DNA of 64,000 bases, from IMG/VR virus record IMGVR_UViG_3300024999_000030, positions 268,731 to 332,730 of that record. The stretch is one strand, 5' to 3'. The translations under genes were made by a program, and so were the position numbers. Below, piece by piece: positions 55,835-64,000 of the stretch (its first letter is position 1; each line of letters begins with the position of its first letter). Below the pieces are notes generated by a model, which made no database searches, was not told where the DNA came from, and worked only from the letters and a program-made list of their open reading frames with translations.

Positions 55835-57817
55835 ATGAAATGTAGTGTTTGTAAATTACAATTTGAGCCATTAACTAGCCATGAAATAAGTATGTGTCCT
55901 GATTGTAAAATTTTTTTAGCCCGTTCTCCAAAAGACCATCAAATAGATGTTCCTGAAGAGGCAAAGGAAATTGCAGTTCCAGTAGCAAAAACATTTGCTA
56001 GAGATTTGGCTTCTGCTTTTGAAGATGTAGACGTAACTAGATGGTGTGAAAAATACGTTAGCTTACCCGATAGTGATGCTCCCTTTGGCGTTAATGATTG
56101 TGGAAGGGATTATTTAAAAGAACCTTTTTATTATATTACTGGCGAGGCTTTATCTAAGGAAGGTAAACCAACTGTTATTCTTAAGGGTCGTCAAGTAGGT
56201 TTTTCTGTTTCTTCTTCTGCTTTATATTTGTATCTTTTAAATTGTGGTTTATATACAGATCTAAGAGTCCTTCATGCTTTTCCATCTTTATTAAACTCAG
56301 CTTCTTTTAATGATGAAAAGGTGGAAGTAATTCTTTCTAAATCGGAACACATTAGACGCAGAACATATACATCAGAAACCATGTGGTTCGATGAAGATTC
56401 TAAACAGTTAAATAGTAAACCCAAATACATTGGTAAGTGGACACAACGTGTTAAGCAATTTCAGGGTAATAATTTTTTAGTAATAGATGCTACCTCTAAG
56501 GACTCTGGCCGTCTTCGTGGTCAAACTTTCCATATTATATTTTATGATGAAGTTCAGGATATGGCTAGGAAAGCTATAGAAAATCTAGAAGAAACATTAA
56601 CGACATCACCATATGGTCCACCAGGTTTAGGCGTTAAGGTGTATTTTGGTACCCCATTTAATGAAGGTACACATTTTCATGCTTTATGGCTTAAAACAGA
56701 TCAAAGGTATTATCATTTAAAATGCCATACTTGTAATGAAACATATCCATTTTATCAATATGGCTCTGATTCTTGGCGTGAAATATGGGTCGAAAAACAC
56801 ACAGTTAAATGTCCTAAGTGTGGAGCATTGGAAGATAAACGTAAAGCTGTTACGGGTGGACTTTGGGTTCCGCAAAACCCGACATCCCCAATGCGAGGAT
56901 ATCATTTTAATCAATTATATGTTCCGACACTTTCAAAGGAAAGTGTTCTTTCTAAAGAAATTGATAAAGCTCCCCAACAGTTTCAAAATGAAGTCCTTGG
57001 GGAATTTTATGTTGGCGCTATGTCAGGGGAATCTTATAGAGAACTAGTATTAAGTTGTGCTGATAATCAAGTATCATATCCTCAATATATTGAGCCTTAT
57101 ACTTCTACCACAGTAACATTGGGAGTAGATTGGGGAGGAAAGATAGATGAAAGGTCCCCACAAGGTAGTTATACGTACATATTAATACTTTCGCATAAAG
57201 ATGGGAAGATGCAAGTAGAAAGATTAGAAAGGGTGGACTCTCGTGACCCAAGCGAGCAAGTCCAAAGAGTGAAAGATTTGTTTATAAAGTACTCTGTTAT
57301 TCAGGGTGTAGGAGACATGGGTTATGGTTTGGCTCAAATCTATGAACTCCAAAAGGAATTCAATCGCAGGGTATTAGGCTGCCACTCCGTGTCAGCTAAA
57401 AATGTTTATAACTACAATGAATCATCTATTCCTCCCTTCGTTAGTGTAAATAAAGATATGGTTATAGATGAGGTTTTATCTCAATTTAGAAATTCTAGAT
57501 TTGTGTTGCCATATAAAACCACCGAAGATCAATTTTTAACAGAAGCCCTAGCAGAAGAAACAGCAGGTCTGTTGCCAGCTGAAAAGCTAGTTAATGGAAA
57601 TAGAATTAAAACATATGGAAAACGTGGATCAAAAACAATAGATGGTTTTATGGCACTTATGTATGCTTATATAGCCATGAGATATACACTATCTGGCGGT
57701 TTTTCTTCTGATGTGCAAACCACTTACGGCGCGGGTAGAGCGATGCCCCTTCCAAGAAAAGTTAGTAATTTACCATCTAGTTTAATGTCAAGAATGAAAT
57801 CGAGCGGTAGAAGATAA
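55835..57817 (+). CDS. terL: Terminase large subunit
   Basis: Walker A KGRQVGFS, Walker B IFYDEVQD, GTP, zinc ribbon CHTC/CPKC, nuclease LGVDWGG...GDMG...IDGFMA. Confidence 0.92.
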   Translation: MKCSVCKLQFEPLTSHEISMCPDCKIFLARSPKDHQIDVPEEAKEIAVPVAKTFARDLASAFEDVDVTRWCEKYVSLPDSDAPFGVNDCGRDYLKEPFYYITGEALSKEGKPTVILKGRQVGFSVSSSALYLYLLNCGLYTDLRVLHAFPSLLNSASFNDEKVEVILSKSEHIRRRTYTSETMWFDEDSKQLNSKPKYIGKWTQRVKQFQGNNFLVIDATSKDSGRLRGQTFHIIFYDEVQDMARKAIENLEETLTTSPYGPPGLGVKVYFGTPFNEGTHFHALWLKTDQRYYHLKCHTCNETYPFYQYGSDSWREIWVEKHTVKCPKCGALEDKRKAVTGGLWVPQNPTSPMRGYHFNQLYVPTLSKESVLSKEIDKAPQQFQNEVLGEFYVGAMSGESYRELVLSCADNQVSYPQYIEPYTSTTVTLGVDWGGKIDERSPQGSYTYILILSHKDGKMQVERLERVDSRDPSEQVQRVKDLFIKYSVIQGVGDMGYGLAQIYELQKEFNRRVLGCHSVSAKNVYNYNESSIPPFVSVNKDMVIDEVLSQFRNSRFVLPYKTTEDQFLTEALAEETAGLLPAEKLVNGNRIKTYGKRGSKTIDGFMALMYAYIAMRYTLSGGFSSDVQTTYGAGRAMPLPRKVSNLPSSLMSRMKSSGRR

Positions 57818-57831
57818 TTTAGGAGATCAGA

Positions 57832-60648
57832 ATGGACGATGCTAAATTTTACCAGGGTGACGTTAAAGGTTTCAACCCATTGGACGAGCTTTCTCCCGCT
57901 CGTCGTGACCAATTAAAAGGGGGGCCCAGTAAAAAGTCTACCGCCGGAGTTAAAACTGGTGATATTACTTTAAATATGCCCGCCGCCGCAGTTGATTCAA
58001 CCAAGTCTTTATCTGCTTATAAAACTGCTTCAGAAAACGGTGGAGGCGGATCTGTTAGAACAATTCCGAGAGTTTATTCACCTCTATTTGAACTTTCTAA
58101 TTTACAGCTTCCGAGGGATAGGCGTACTTTAAATGCGTGGTGTCGACATTTTTATTCCACTCATCCTCTAGTTAGAAACTGTGTTAATCTTCATGCAACG
58201 TTTCCAATTTCTAAATTTGAAATCACTTGTGATGAAAAAACTATTGAAACTGAAATGAATGAATTAGCTGAAGACATGAGACTAATTCATGTGTTGTATG
58301 GTGTGGCACTGGTTTATTGGATGTTGGGGGAAGCTTTTCCTTATGGAGATTGGAACGATAATGATAAGACTTGGCGCCGATGGGTTGTTCATAATCCTGA
58401 TTATGTAGATGTTAAATATTCTGCCGTTACGATGGAACCACTTATTGCATTGCAACCAGACGATACCCTTAAGCGATTAGTTAAAAGTAATGACCCTAAG
58501 GATAAATATATTAGAGCTACATTACCAAAAGAAATAGTATATTATATTTCTAGAGGTATGAATATTCCTTTGGATTCTTTTAATGTTACGCATGTTAAGT
58601 TTTTATCTGAACCATATGATCATCGTGGTACAAGTATTATTGCCTCTTGCTTTAAGGATTTAATGTTATATGATTTACTTAGAGAAAGTGAATATGCTCA
58701 AGCAGCCAATCTTATTAATCCATTAACTCACGTGAAGTTGGGTGATCCATTAGGTCGTTGGCGCCCTTCCGATGAAGACTTGGCTCAATTTAGAGACATT
58801 TTTGTTGATTTGCAATTTGACCTTGATCCTAAATTAATTACACATGGCGCTGTTCAAATTGAAAAGGTCGGCAATGCGGGCGGAATAATTGACACCACCC
58901 CCAAGCTTGATCGTATTATTAAAAATATTATGGCAGGTTTAATGGTTCCAGAGGGAGTTATTACTGGTGAAGGTCCAAATTATTGTTACGATGAAGAAAC
59001 AGAAACTTTAACTAAATCTGGATTTAAAAAATATAATGAAATTACTGACATAGATGAGATTGCTACGTTTAACCCCACCACCAAACTTATTGAATACCAA
59101 CATTATAATGAGAAGATTGTTAATCAATATGATGGGAACATGGTTCATTTTAAAACTAAATTCATGGATATAAAGGTTACCCCCAATCATAAAATGTATG
59201 TTAGGGATCGTAAATCTTTGGAGTGGGGAACCGTAGAAGCCTCAGATGTTAAGCTTAGAAGTAATATTCTAGATCATGGAGACTGGGTTGGCAATACCCC
59301 GTCTGTAATTGAATATGGTGGTTTTACTTTTACACCTAAAGAATTTATTAATTTAATTTTCTACACGTGGACCAGAAGTAGGGTAATCGAAGAAGCTGGT
59401 GAGAAAGTAATGATTTATAAATATGCTCAACGCGGTCCAGCAGTGGAATGGAAAGATGCCCTCGTGGTGCTTGGCGTTAAGTATGATGCAAAGTATAAGG
59501 GTTATGTAATGCGGGACCAAAACTTTATAAACCTATGTCAGAAAGAAATTAATAGTGAATTTGATCATTGGAAATTACCAAGATTAATTGGCGAATGGAG
59601 TAAACACGACATTTATGAAGTCCTCAATAGATTAGCGGGAAAACATGGCATTGCTAAAAAGAGTTATGTTAGTAGACGTGGTTTATTATTACGTGCTTCT
59701 TTTGCTTTATATTCTAAAGAATTGTTGGATTTTATTCAAGAACTATTCTTTAAGTGTGGATATTCTACTAGAATCGAAGCTGAATTTAAACCATGGAGAA
59801 ATAAAACTATTTATAGAATGAATTTTTCTCATGTTGCTAAACAGACGGCAAGAATTATTGACACTAGATCTAAGGGCAAGACTCGTAAAGATTGCAAAGC
59901 TGAAGTGCCCTACAATGGTATTGTATATTGTTTTGATGTTCCCCCTAATCATCTTTTTATCACTAGAAGAAATGGATTGGTTACTATACAAGGGAATAGC
60001 ACGGCTTCTGTGGGATTAGAAGTCTTACGTCAGAGATATTTAATGTTCCGAGACGAATTAGAACATTGGATTCGTAATAAGGTTATGAAACCAATTGCAG
60101 TGGCTAGAGATTGGACTGTGACCGAATCTAAACAGAAAAAATTAATTATTCCAAGAATTCAATGGAATAAACTTACGCTTAAAGATTTAAATGATTATAT
60201 GCAAAAGGTGGCAGAGGGACATAATACCGCTAAGGTTGTCTCACGCGATTCGTATTTAAAAAGCTTAGATTTAGACCCCGATGAAGAGCTTGAGAATAGA
60301 AGAAAAGAAATGATTGAAGATGCTATTCTTACAAAAGAAAAAAACATTCTTTATTCTCCCGCTTATACTTTATCTGAACTTCGTACGCTTAACACCGATT
60401 CTCTAATTGAAGATAGAGTTGTGCCTGGAGCTAATCAACCACCTTCTGGCCCTGGAGCAGGTGGCCAAGGTTCCCCAGATTTCTCTGGTGGTTTAGGTGG
60501 GTCTATGCCAGATTTAGGTGGTGGGCTTGGCGCCCCACCTGAAGGCGAAGCCCCACCTGGCGGCCCACCAGATATTGGTGGTCCTCCTGAAACGGGATCA
60601 CCAGCATCTCCTGGTGGCCCCCCGCCCCCCGCAGGGCCTCCTCAATAA
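57832..60648 (+). CDS. Portal protein containing an intein
   Basis: Follows terL. FYSTHPLVRNCVNLHATFP, RGTSIIASCFKDL, THVKLG, IMAGLMVP and IPRIQWNKL are portal-like, with a Gly/Pro-rich C-terminal tail. Confidence 0.85.
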   Translation: MDDAKFYQGDVKGFNPLDELSPARRDQLKGGPSKKSTAGVKTGDITLNMPAAAVDSTKSLSAYKTASENGGGGSVRTIPRVYSPLFELSNLQLPRDRRTLNAWCRHFYSTHPLVRNCVNLHATFPISKFEITCDEKTIETEMNELAEDMRLIHVLYGVALVYWMLGEAFPYGDWNDNDKTWRRWVVHNPDYVDVKYSAVTMEPLIALQPDDTLKRLVKSNDPKDKYIRATLPKEIVYYISRGMNIPLDSFNVTHVKFLSEPYDHRGTSIIASCFKDLMLYDLLRESEYAQAANLINPLTHVKLGDPLGRWRPSDEDLAQFRDIFVDLQFDLDPKLITHGAVQIEKVGNAGGIIDTTPKLDRIIKNIMAGLMVPEGVITGEGPNYCYDEETETLTKSGFKKYNEITDIDEIATFNPTTKLIEYQHYNEKIVNQYDGNMVHFKTKFMDIKVTPNHKMYVRDRKSLEWGTVEASDVKLRSNILDHGDWVGNTPSVIEYGGFTFTPKEFINLIFYTWTRSRVIEEAGEKVMIYKYAQRGPAVEWKDALVVLGVKYDAKYKGYVMRDQNFINLCQKEINSEFDHWKLPRLIGEWSKHDIYEVLNRLAGKHGIAKKSYVSRRGLLLRASFALYSKELLDFIQELFFKCGYSTRIEAEFKPWRNKTIYRMNFSHVAKQTARIIDTRSKGKTRKDCKAEVPYNGIVYCFDVPPNHLFITRRNGLVTIQGNSTASVGLEVLRQRYLMFRDELEHWIRNKVMKPIAVARDWTVTESKQKKLIIPRIQWNKLTLKDLNDYMQKVAEGHNTAKVVSRDSYLKSLDLDPDEELENRRKEMIEDAILTKEKNILYSPAYTLSELRTLNTDSLIEDRVVPGANQPPSGPGAGGQGSPDFSGGLGGSMPDLGGGLGAPPEGEAPPGGPPDIGGPPETGSPASPGGPPPPAGPPQ
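58984..59997 (+). mobile_element. Intein (338 aa) in the portal gene, with degenerate LAGLIDADG-type insert
   Basis: Block A CYDEETETLT, block B VTPNHKMY, block F/G VYCFDVPPNHLFITRRNGLVTIQGN, followed by Ser(+1). Confidence 0.9.
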
Positions 60649-60651
60649 TGG

Positions 60652-60660
60652 CTATTAATA
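60652..60660 (+). promoter_or_regulatory. CTATTAATA motif (candidate late promoter)
   Basis: Exact motif right after the portal stop. Confidence 0.6.
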
Positions 60661-60703
60661 TAGTTGTGTTGTTTTGGGTCTTATTACTTATGGAGTAGTG
60701 TAA

Positions 60704-61555
60704 ATGAAATTAGCTTCTAACACGAGTCGTACATATAGCCTTGAGGAAATTAAATCCTTAAAGGTTTTATCTTCTAAACTTAGTGACCATGCACGTATTA
60801 TTGCTTCATTTGTTTCTGGTATTAAAAATAGCGATGTTACTAGATTAATTGCTAGCGATGAATTGATGAAAAAATTAACTGAGCTGGATGGAGAAGTAGA
60901 TAAAGCTAAAGATATGAAAGAATTAAATGCTTTATTGAGCGGTTCCATCGACTTGAGGGTATCTAATCAACTTGATGTTCCACAAAAAGAGGTAGAATCG
61001 GTATCAGCTAAAGCTAAAGAACAGGCAGCAGGAACACTTTTACAGCCTACTGGAAGTATTAGGGAGAATAAATCTATGAAAAATATTATTAAAGAAGCAT
61101 TAAACGATGCCCCTCCAATGCCGGTTCCAGATTCTCCAGCGGCAGCTGCTCCTCCACCATCCCAAGAAGACAACACCCTTGTTGCTATTTTAAATACTGT
61201 TAACCTTGGTCAATTTGTAGATGCTATGCAAGGTCAAAAAAATACAAATGTTCTTGCTGTTATGCAAGATTTGAAACAAGAATTAGATAATGCAGCTAAG
61301 ACGGCTGGATCTGAAGCTTTATTTGCATATGATTTAAGAGGTAAAGCTGCCGCAGCTCAACAGTCTGCCGAAGACTCTATGCAGTCGGTTGCTGATATGA
61401 AAAAACAAATTAACGTTGTTTTACAAGCACTTAAGAGTTTTATGGATTTTGCTAAAACTAATTCTCCAAGTCAACCTTTACAGTCTCTTCAGACCAACGT
61501 TGAGGCACTTATCTCTGGTATTAATGATGGCATGAAAGATGCCGATGTGAAGTGA
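60704..61555 (+). CDS. Hypothetical helical protein, putative internal head/scaffold-associated protein
   Basis: Starts MKLA|S; also contains IKEA and AKTA, Ala/Pro linker, coiled coils. Confidence 0.78.
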   Translation: MKLASNTSRTYSLEEIKSLKVLSSKLSDHARIIASFVSGIKNSDVTRLIASDELMKKLTELDGEVDKAKDMKELNALLSGSIDLRVSNQLDVPQKEVESVSAKAKEQAAGTLLQPTGSIRENKSMKNIIKEALNDAPPMPVPDSPAAAAPPPSQEDNTLVAILNTVNLGQFVDAMQGQKNTNVLAVMQDLKQELDNAAKTAGSEALFAYDLRGKAAAAQQSAEDSMQSVADMKKQINVVLQALKSFMDFAKTNSPSQPLQSLQTNVEALISGINDGMKDADVK

Positions 61556-61564
61556 GGAGGATAT

Positions 61565-61717
61565 ATGTTAGTTAAAACTGCAATTGTTGGCGAGGTAATT
61601 CTTTGTGACAAATGTGGGCATTGTCATGAACTCGAATCCCCTTGTTTGTTTGAAACTCCTGTTGAAAAAATAAAAACAGAGGAAATAATCGATCAGAAAA
61701 AGGGCCAGAACGATTAG
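61565..61717 (+). CDS. Small Cys/His-rich protein (50 aa, not in the ORF track)
   Basis: GAGGAGG RBS. MLVKTAIVGEVILCDKCGHCHELESPCLFETPVEKIKTEEIIDQKKGQND. Confidence 0.75.
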   Translation: MLVKTAIVGEVILCDKCGHCHELESPCLFETPVEKIKTEEIIDQKKGQND

Positions 61718-61719
61718 GT

Positions 61720-61728
61720 CTATTAATA
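61720..61728 (+). promoter_or_regulatory. CTATTAATA motif (candidate late promoter)
   Basis: Exact motif in the gap before the 61775 and protease genes. Confidence 0.6.
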
Positions 61729-61774
61729 GTAATTCATTAAACAGGCACAAAAGTGTGCTGTAAAGGAGAGTAGC

Positions 61775-62137
61775 ATGCGAAAAAATTTTAGTTTTAGTGA
61801 GCTACAAGGGGCCCTTCGCACTACCAGCCTCACCAAGACGGCGTCGGCACTTAATCCTGGGGAGATGTCTCCAGAACAAGCGCTTGAAAACATTTGCACC
61901 GTTGGTGATACGCTGGATGCCCATGGCCTAGAGCAGGAAACCGAGAAGCTCACAGCTTCTATTCAGGTTCTTATGTCTCTGATTAAGACTGCTGCTAAAG
62001 AGAACAGTTTTGAGATGACATTTAAATGTCCAGACTGCGGAGCCGAGATTGAAGCTGAAGTTGAGATTGAGGGAGATGGAGAAGGAGAGACCGAAGAACC
62101 CAAGAAGGAAAAAGAGGATGAGGGCTCAGAGGAGTAA
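61775..62137 (+). CDS. Hypothetical acidic protein with CPDC motif
   Basis: AAGGAG RBS. TKTA and IKTA motifs flank the central segment. Confidence 0.78.
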   Translation: MRKNFSFSELQGALRTTSLTKTASALNPGEMSPEQALENICTVGDTLDAHGLEQETEKLTASIQVLMSLIKTAAKENSFEMTFKCPDCGAEIEAEVEIEGDGEGETEEPKKEKEDEGSEE

Positions 62138-62140
62138 GTC

Positions 62141-64000
62141 ATGCTTATTAAAATGGGCGAAGCCGCAGGACCCTCTTCAGCTTTTCAGTTTGTTACTCCA
62201 GATGAGGCTCTTGAATCTCAGATAGTGAGTGAGCGGTTCGCAAAGTTTTTAGAAAAATTTAAATCCGCTGCTGATAATCACTCTATCAAGGGCCCTTCTG
62301 TCGCTCCGTATCGTAGTGATGATTTTCTTTATTTTAAAACAGTAATTATGCACGCAGCAGAACGATCAAATTTAGATAAAGCTGGAGAACTTACTGGAGA
62401 TGGTAAGTTTCTTATTACAAAAGAAAGTGATAAAGAAATTTGGCGTTGGACATCCGATAAGGGAATCTATCCATATGCAAATGCTAATGGAGATATTTTT
62501 CCAGAAGATGAGCTAGTAAAAGCGGCAAGTACTTGGGTTGGCAAGGGATTATATTGTAATCATCAATCTAATGATGTTGAAAAGCTTAGAGGTATTATTG
62601 TTGATACCATTTATGATAAGGCTTCCAAAGAATTGTGGGGCCTGGTTGCATTAGATAAGAAAAATTTTCCCATTCTTGCTGCTCAAGTAAAAAACGGTAC
62701 TATTCGTAATGTATCTATGGGGACAGCGGTAAAGCGTTCCTATTGTACGCTTTGCGGAAACATGGCCGTTGTGGAAGCAGATTATTGTGATTGTATTAAG
62801 CGGGGAATGAAAAATCGTGTAGTTGGTAATACATTGGTTGGGGAAATTAACGTTGGGCTGACTGGTGTGGAATTATCGTTGGTGGGTGTTCCCGCAGATA
62901 AAGATGCAACGATTAGACACGTCTATGCGAGCTTACAAGCCCAACTTGCAGAAATTAACGCAGAACTTAGTACCGAAGCTTCTGATGATGGTATACAGAA
63001 GGTTGCTGAGTTGAAAGAACAGATAGATGCAGTTGAGCGCACAATTAAGCGCGATAAGGAAAAAAAGTCTATAGGAGGCATTACAATGCTTACAGTTGAA
63101 GAGAGGGAAAAGCGTGCGGCAGATCGCCGTAAGATTCTAACTGCTTATATGCAGGGTACGACTGAACCCAAACCCGGCCAGGTAAATTATCCCCCTGAGC
63201 CTATGAATGAGCAGCTTCGTGGTGAGGAGCTTGCTAAATCTAAGAGAGAGGAGTCTGCTACCGCCCCCCAAATGGGTGATAAAGGTGGAGACCAGAAAGT
63301 GCGCACCGAGCAACAGAGGACTGTTGCTGAGAGAAAGACTGATCGTGAACAGCTTCGTCAGGCATACATGCAGGGTACGACTGAACCTACCCCAGGTGGT
63401 CAATATACTCCTGAACCTATGAATGAAAAACTTCGTAATGAGGAGTTGTCTAAAGCCAAGGGCGAAGAGACAAGCACTTGCTCTGCTATTAATCAGACCA
63501 ACTCTATTAAAGAGAAGTTGCAACGCGCCTCTTATCTTGGCGCACGATTTGTGTATGCTAAAGATGAAGAAGGCACTGTAATTCCTGAGCAGTCTTTTTG
63601 GGCTGTACACGCCACTGATGCTCCTCAGGCAGAGTTCACCGAGGAAAATTCAATTCTAACGGTATCCGCTTCTGAAGCCTATGGTAATGACCTCCATAGA
63701 GTAGCTAAAGATGACACTGGTAGTGATGATCCTGAGGGACGTACTAATTGGCAGTTTATGGCTAGTAAAGCTTATGGTAATGAACTCGTAGCTTTTATTA
63801 AGGATGCTGGTATTGACACCGTGTTTGCAACATTTAAAGTAGCTGAAGATCCCGCTCTAGCGGCTGGGTTGGAAGCACCGCCTGAAAGCGAGCCAATTTC
63901 TGGAACGGATCCTTTGGCTGAGCCTGAAGCTCCTATCTCTCCTGAGCTTCCCGGTGAAGAGGGATCTGAGGAAGATAAAGATAAGGTTACAACTAGCGAA
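62141..64000 (+). CDS. Prohead (capsid maturation) protease-scaffold fusion, 3'-partial, missing from the ORF track
   Basis: GAGGAG RBS, frame open for 620 codons to the window end. NANGDIFPEDEL, LYCNH (His141), VSMG (Ser192), CTLC..CDC, ELSLVGVPAD fit the HK97/assemblin-fold protease pattern. Confidence 0.88.
   Translation, partial: MLIKMGEAAGPSSAFQFVTPDEALESQIVSERFAKFLEKFKSAADNHSIKGPSVAPYRSDDFLYFKTVIMHAAERSNLDKAGELTGDGKFLITKESDKEIWRWTSDKGIYPYANANGDIFPEDELVKAASTWVGKGLYCNHQSNDVEKLRGIIVDTIYDKASKELWGLVALDKKNFPILAAQVKNGTIRNVSMGTAVKRSYCTLCGNMAVVEADYCDCIKRGMKNRVVGNTLVGEINVGLTGVELSLVGVPADKDATIRHVYASLQAQLAEINAELSTEASDDGIQKVAELKEQIDAVERTIKRDKEKKSIGGITMLTVEEREKRAADRRKILTAYMQGTTEPKPGQVNYPPEPMNEQLRGEELAKSKREESATAPQMGDKGGDQKVRTEQQRTVAERKTDREQLRQAYMQGTTEPTPGGQYTPEPMNEKLRNEELSKAKGEETSTCSAINQTNSIKEKLQRASYLGARFVYAKDEEGTVIPEQSFWAVHATDAPQAEFTEENSILTVSASEAYGNDLHRVAKDDTGSDDPEGRTNWQFMASKAYGNELVAFIKDAGIDTVFATFKVAEDPALAAGLEAPPESEPISGTDPLAEPEAPISPELPGEEGSEEDKDKVTTSE
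63086..64000 (+). CDS. Nested in-frame scaffold-like gene (internal start at Met316 of the protease ORF)
   Basis: AGGAGG at 63073-63078, 7 nt before an in-frame ATG. The product MLTVEEREKRAADRR... is charged and acidic. Confidence 0.65.
   Translation, partial: MLTVEEREKRAADRRKILTAYMQGTTEPKPGQVNYPPEPMNEQLRGEELAKSKREESATAPQMGDKGGDQKVRTEQQRTVAERKTDREQLRQAYMQGTTEPTPGGQYTPEPMNEKLRNEELSKAKGEETSTCSAINQTNSIKEKLQRASYLGARFVYAKDEEGTVIPEQSFWAVHATDAPQAEFTEENSILTVSASEAYGNDLHRVAKDDTGSDDPEGRTNWQFMASKAYGNELVAFIKDAGIDTVFATFKVAEDPALAAGLEAPPESEPISGTDPLAEPEAPISPELPGEEGSEEDKDKVTTSE
63143..63469 (+). repeat. Two ~36-aa repeats in the scaffold region
   Basis: AYMQGTTEPKPGQVNYPPEPMNEQLRGEELAKSKREE (63143-63253) and AYMQGTTEPTPGGQYTPEPMNEKLRNEELSKAKGEE (63362-63469). 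Confidence 0.9.

Noticed and set aside
977-63610. The minus-strand ORFs and short alternate-frame plus-strand ORFs in the track (e.g. 34218-34970, 3371-3853, 20533-21030, 63137-63610)
   Set aside because: All lie inside longer plus-strand genes that have RBSs and recognisable motifs. They lack their own RBS or motifs and are best explained as shadow ORFs.
1-64000. Stop-codon reassignment, tRNA or rRNA genes
   Set aside because: Long genes are intact in the standard code and end in TAA, TAG or TGA. The intergenic gaps are short, and I saw no cloverleaf or rRNA-like sequence.

Overview
AT-rich (roughly one-third GC by eye) 64-kb piece of a large tailed dsDNA phage (jumbo/huge-phage type). It uses the standard genetic code, and essentially all credible genes are on the + strand with strong GGAGG Shine-Dalgarno sites. 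Bases 1-32.9 kb are mostly replication and host-takeover genes: FtsK-like ATPase, sigma-70-like factor, PIN-PhoH, a candidate origin with an iteron-like array, AAA + metallopeptidase/vWA pair, ribosomal protein S21, SbcCD, trigger factor, Pol III alpha split into two genes, HU, UvsY-like/SSB/RuvC/RecA, and a primase split into distant ZBD and TOPRIM genes. Five of these units start at an exact TTGACT-N17-TATATT promoter. A second motif, (C)TATTAATA, sits in the gaps before the head-morphogenesis block (32.9-64 kb) and before an embedded operon at 13-21.6 kb. The head block holds orphan proteins, a 3988-aa giant protein, terminase, an intein-containing portal, and a prohead protease with a nested in-frame scaffold that the ORF track misses. 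The embedded operon encodes a PD-(D/E)XK nuclease, two tRNA nucleotidyltransferases and a CCA-enzyme/HD/topoisomerase IB polyprotein. The most striking pattern is a recurrent hydrophobic-K-x-A motif at protein termini and domain junctions across the head block and in those enzymes. I infer that it is an Ala-specific prohead-protease cleavage code marking capsid-packaged, proteolytically matured cargo. All domain calls are from motif reading by eye, with no database searches.
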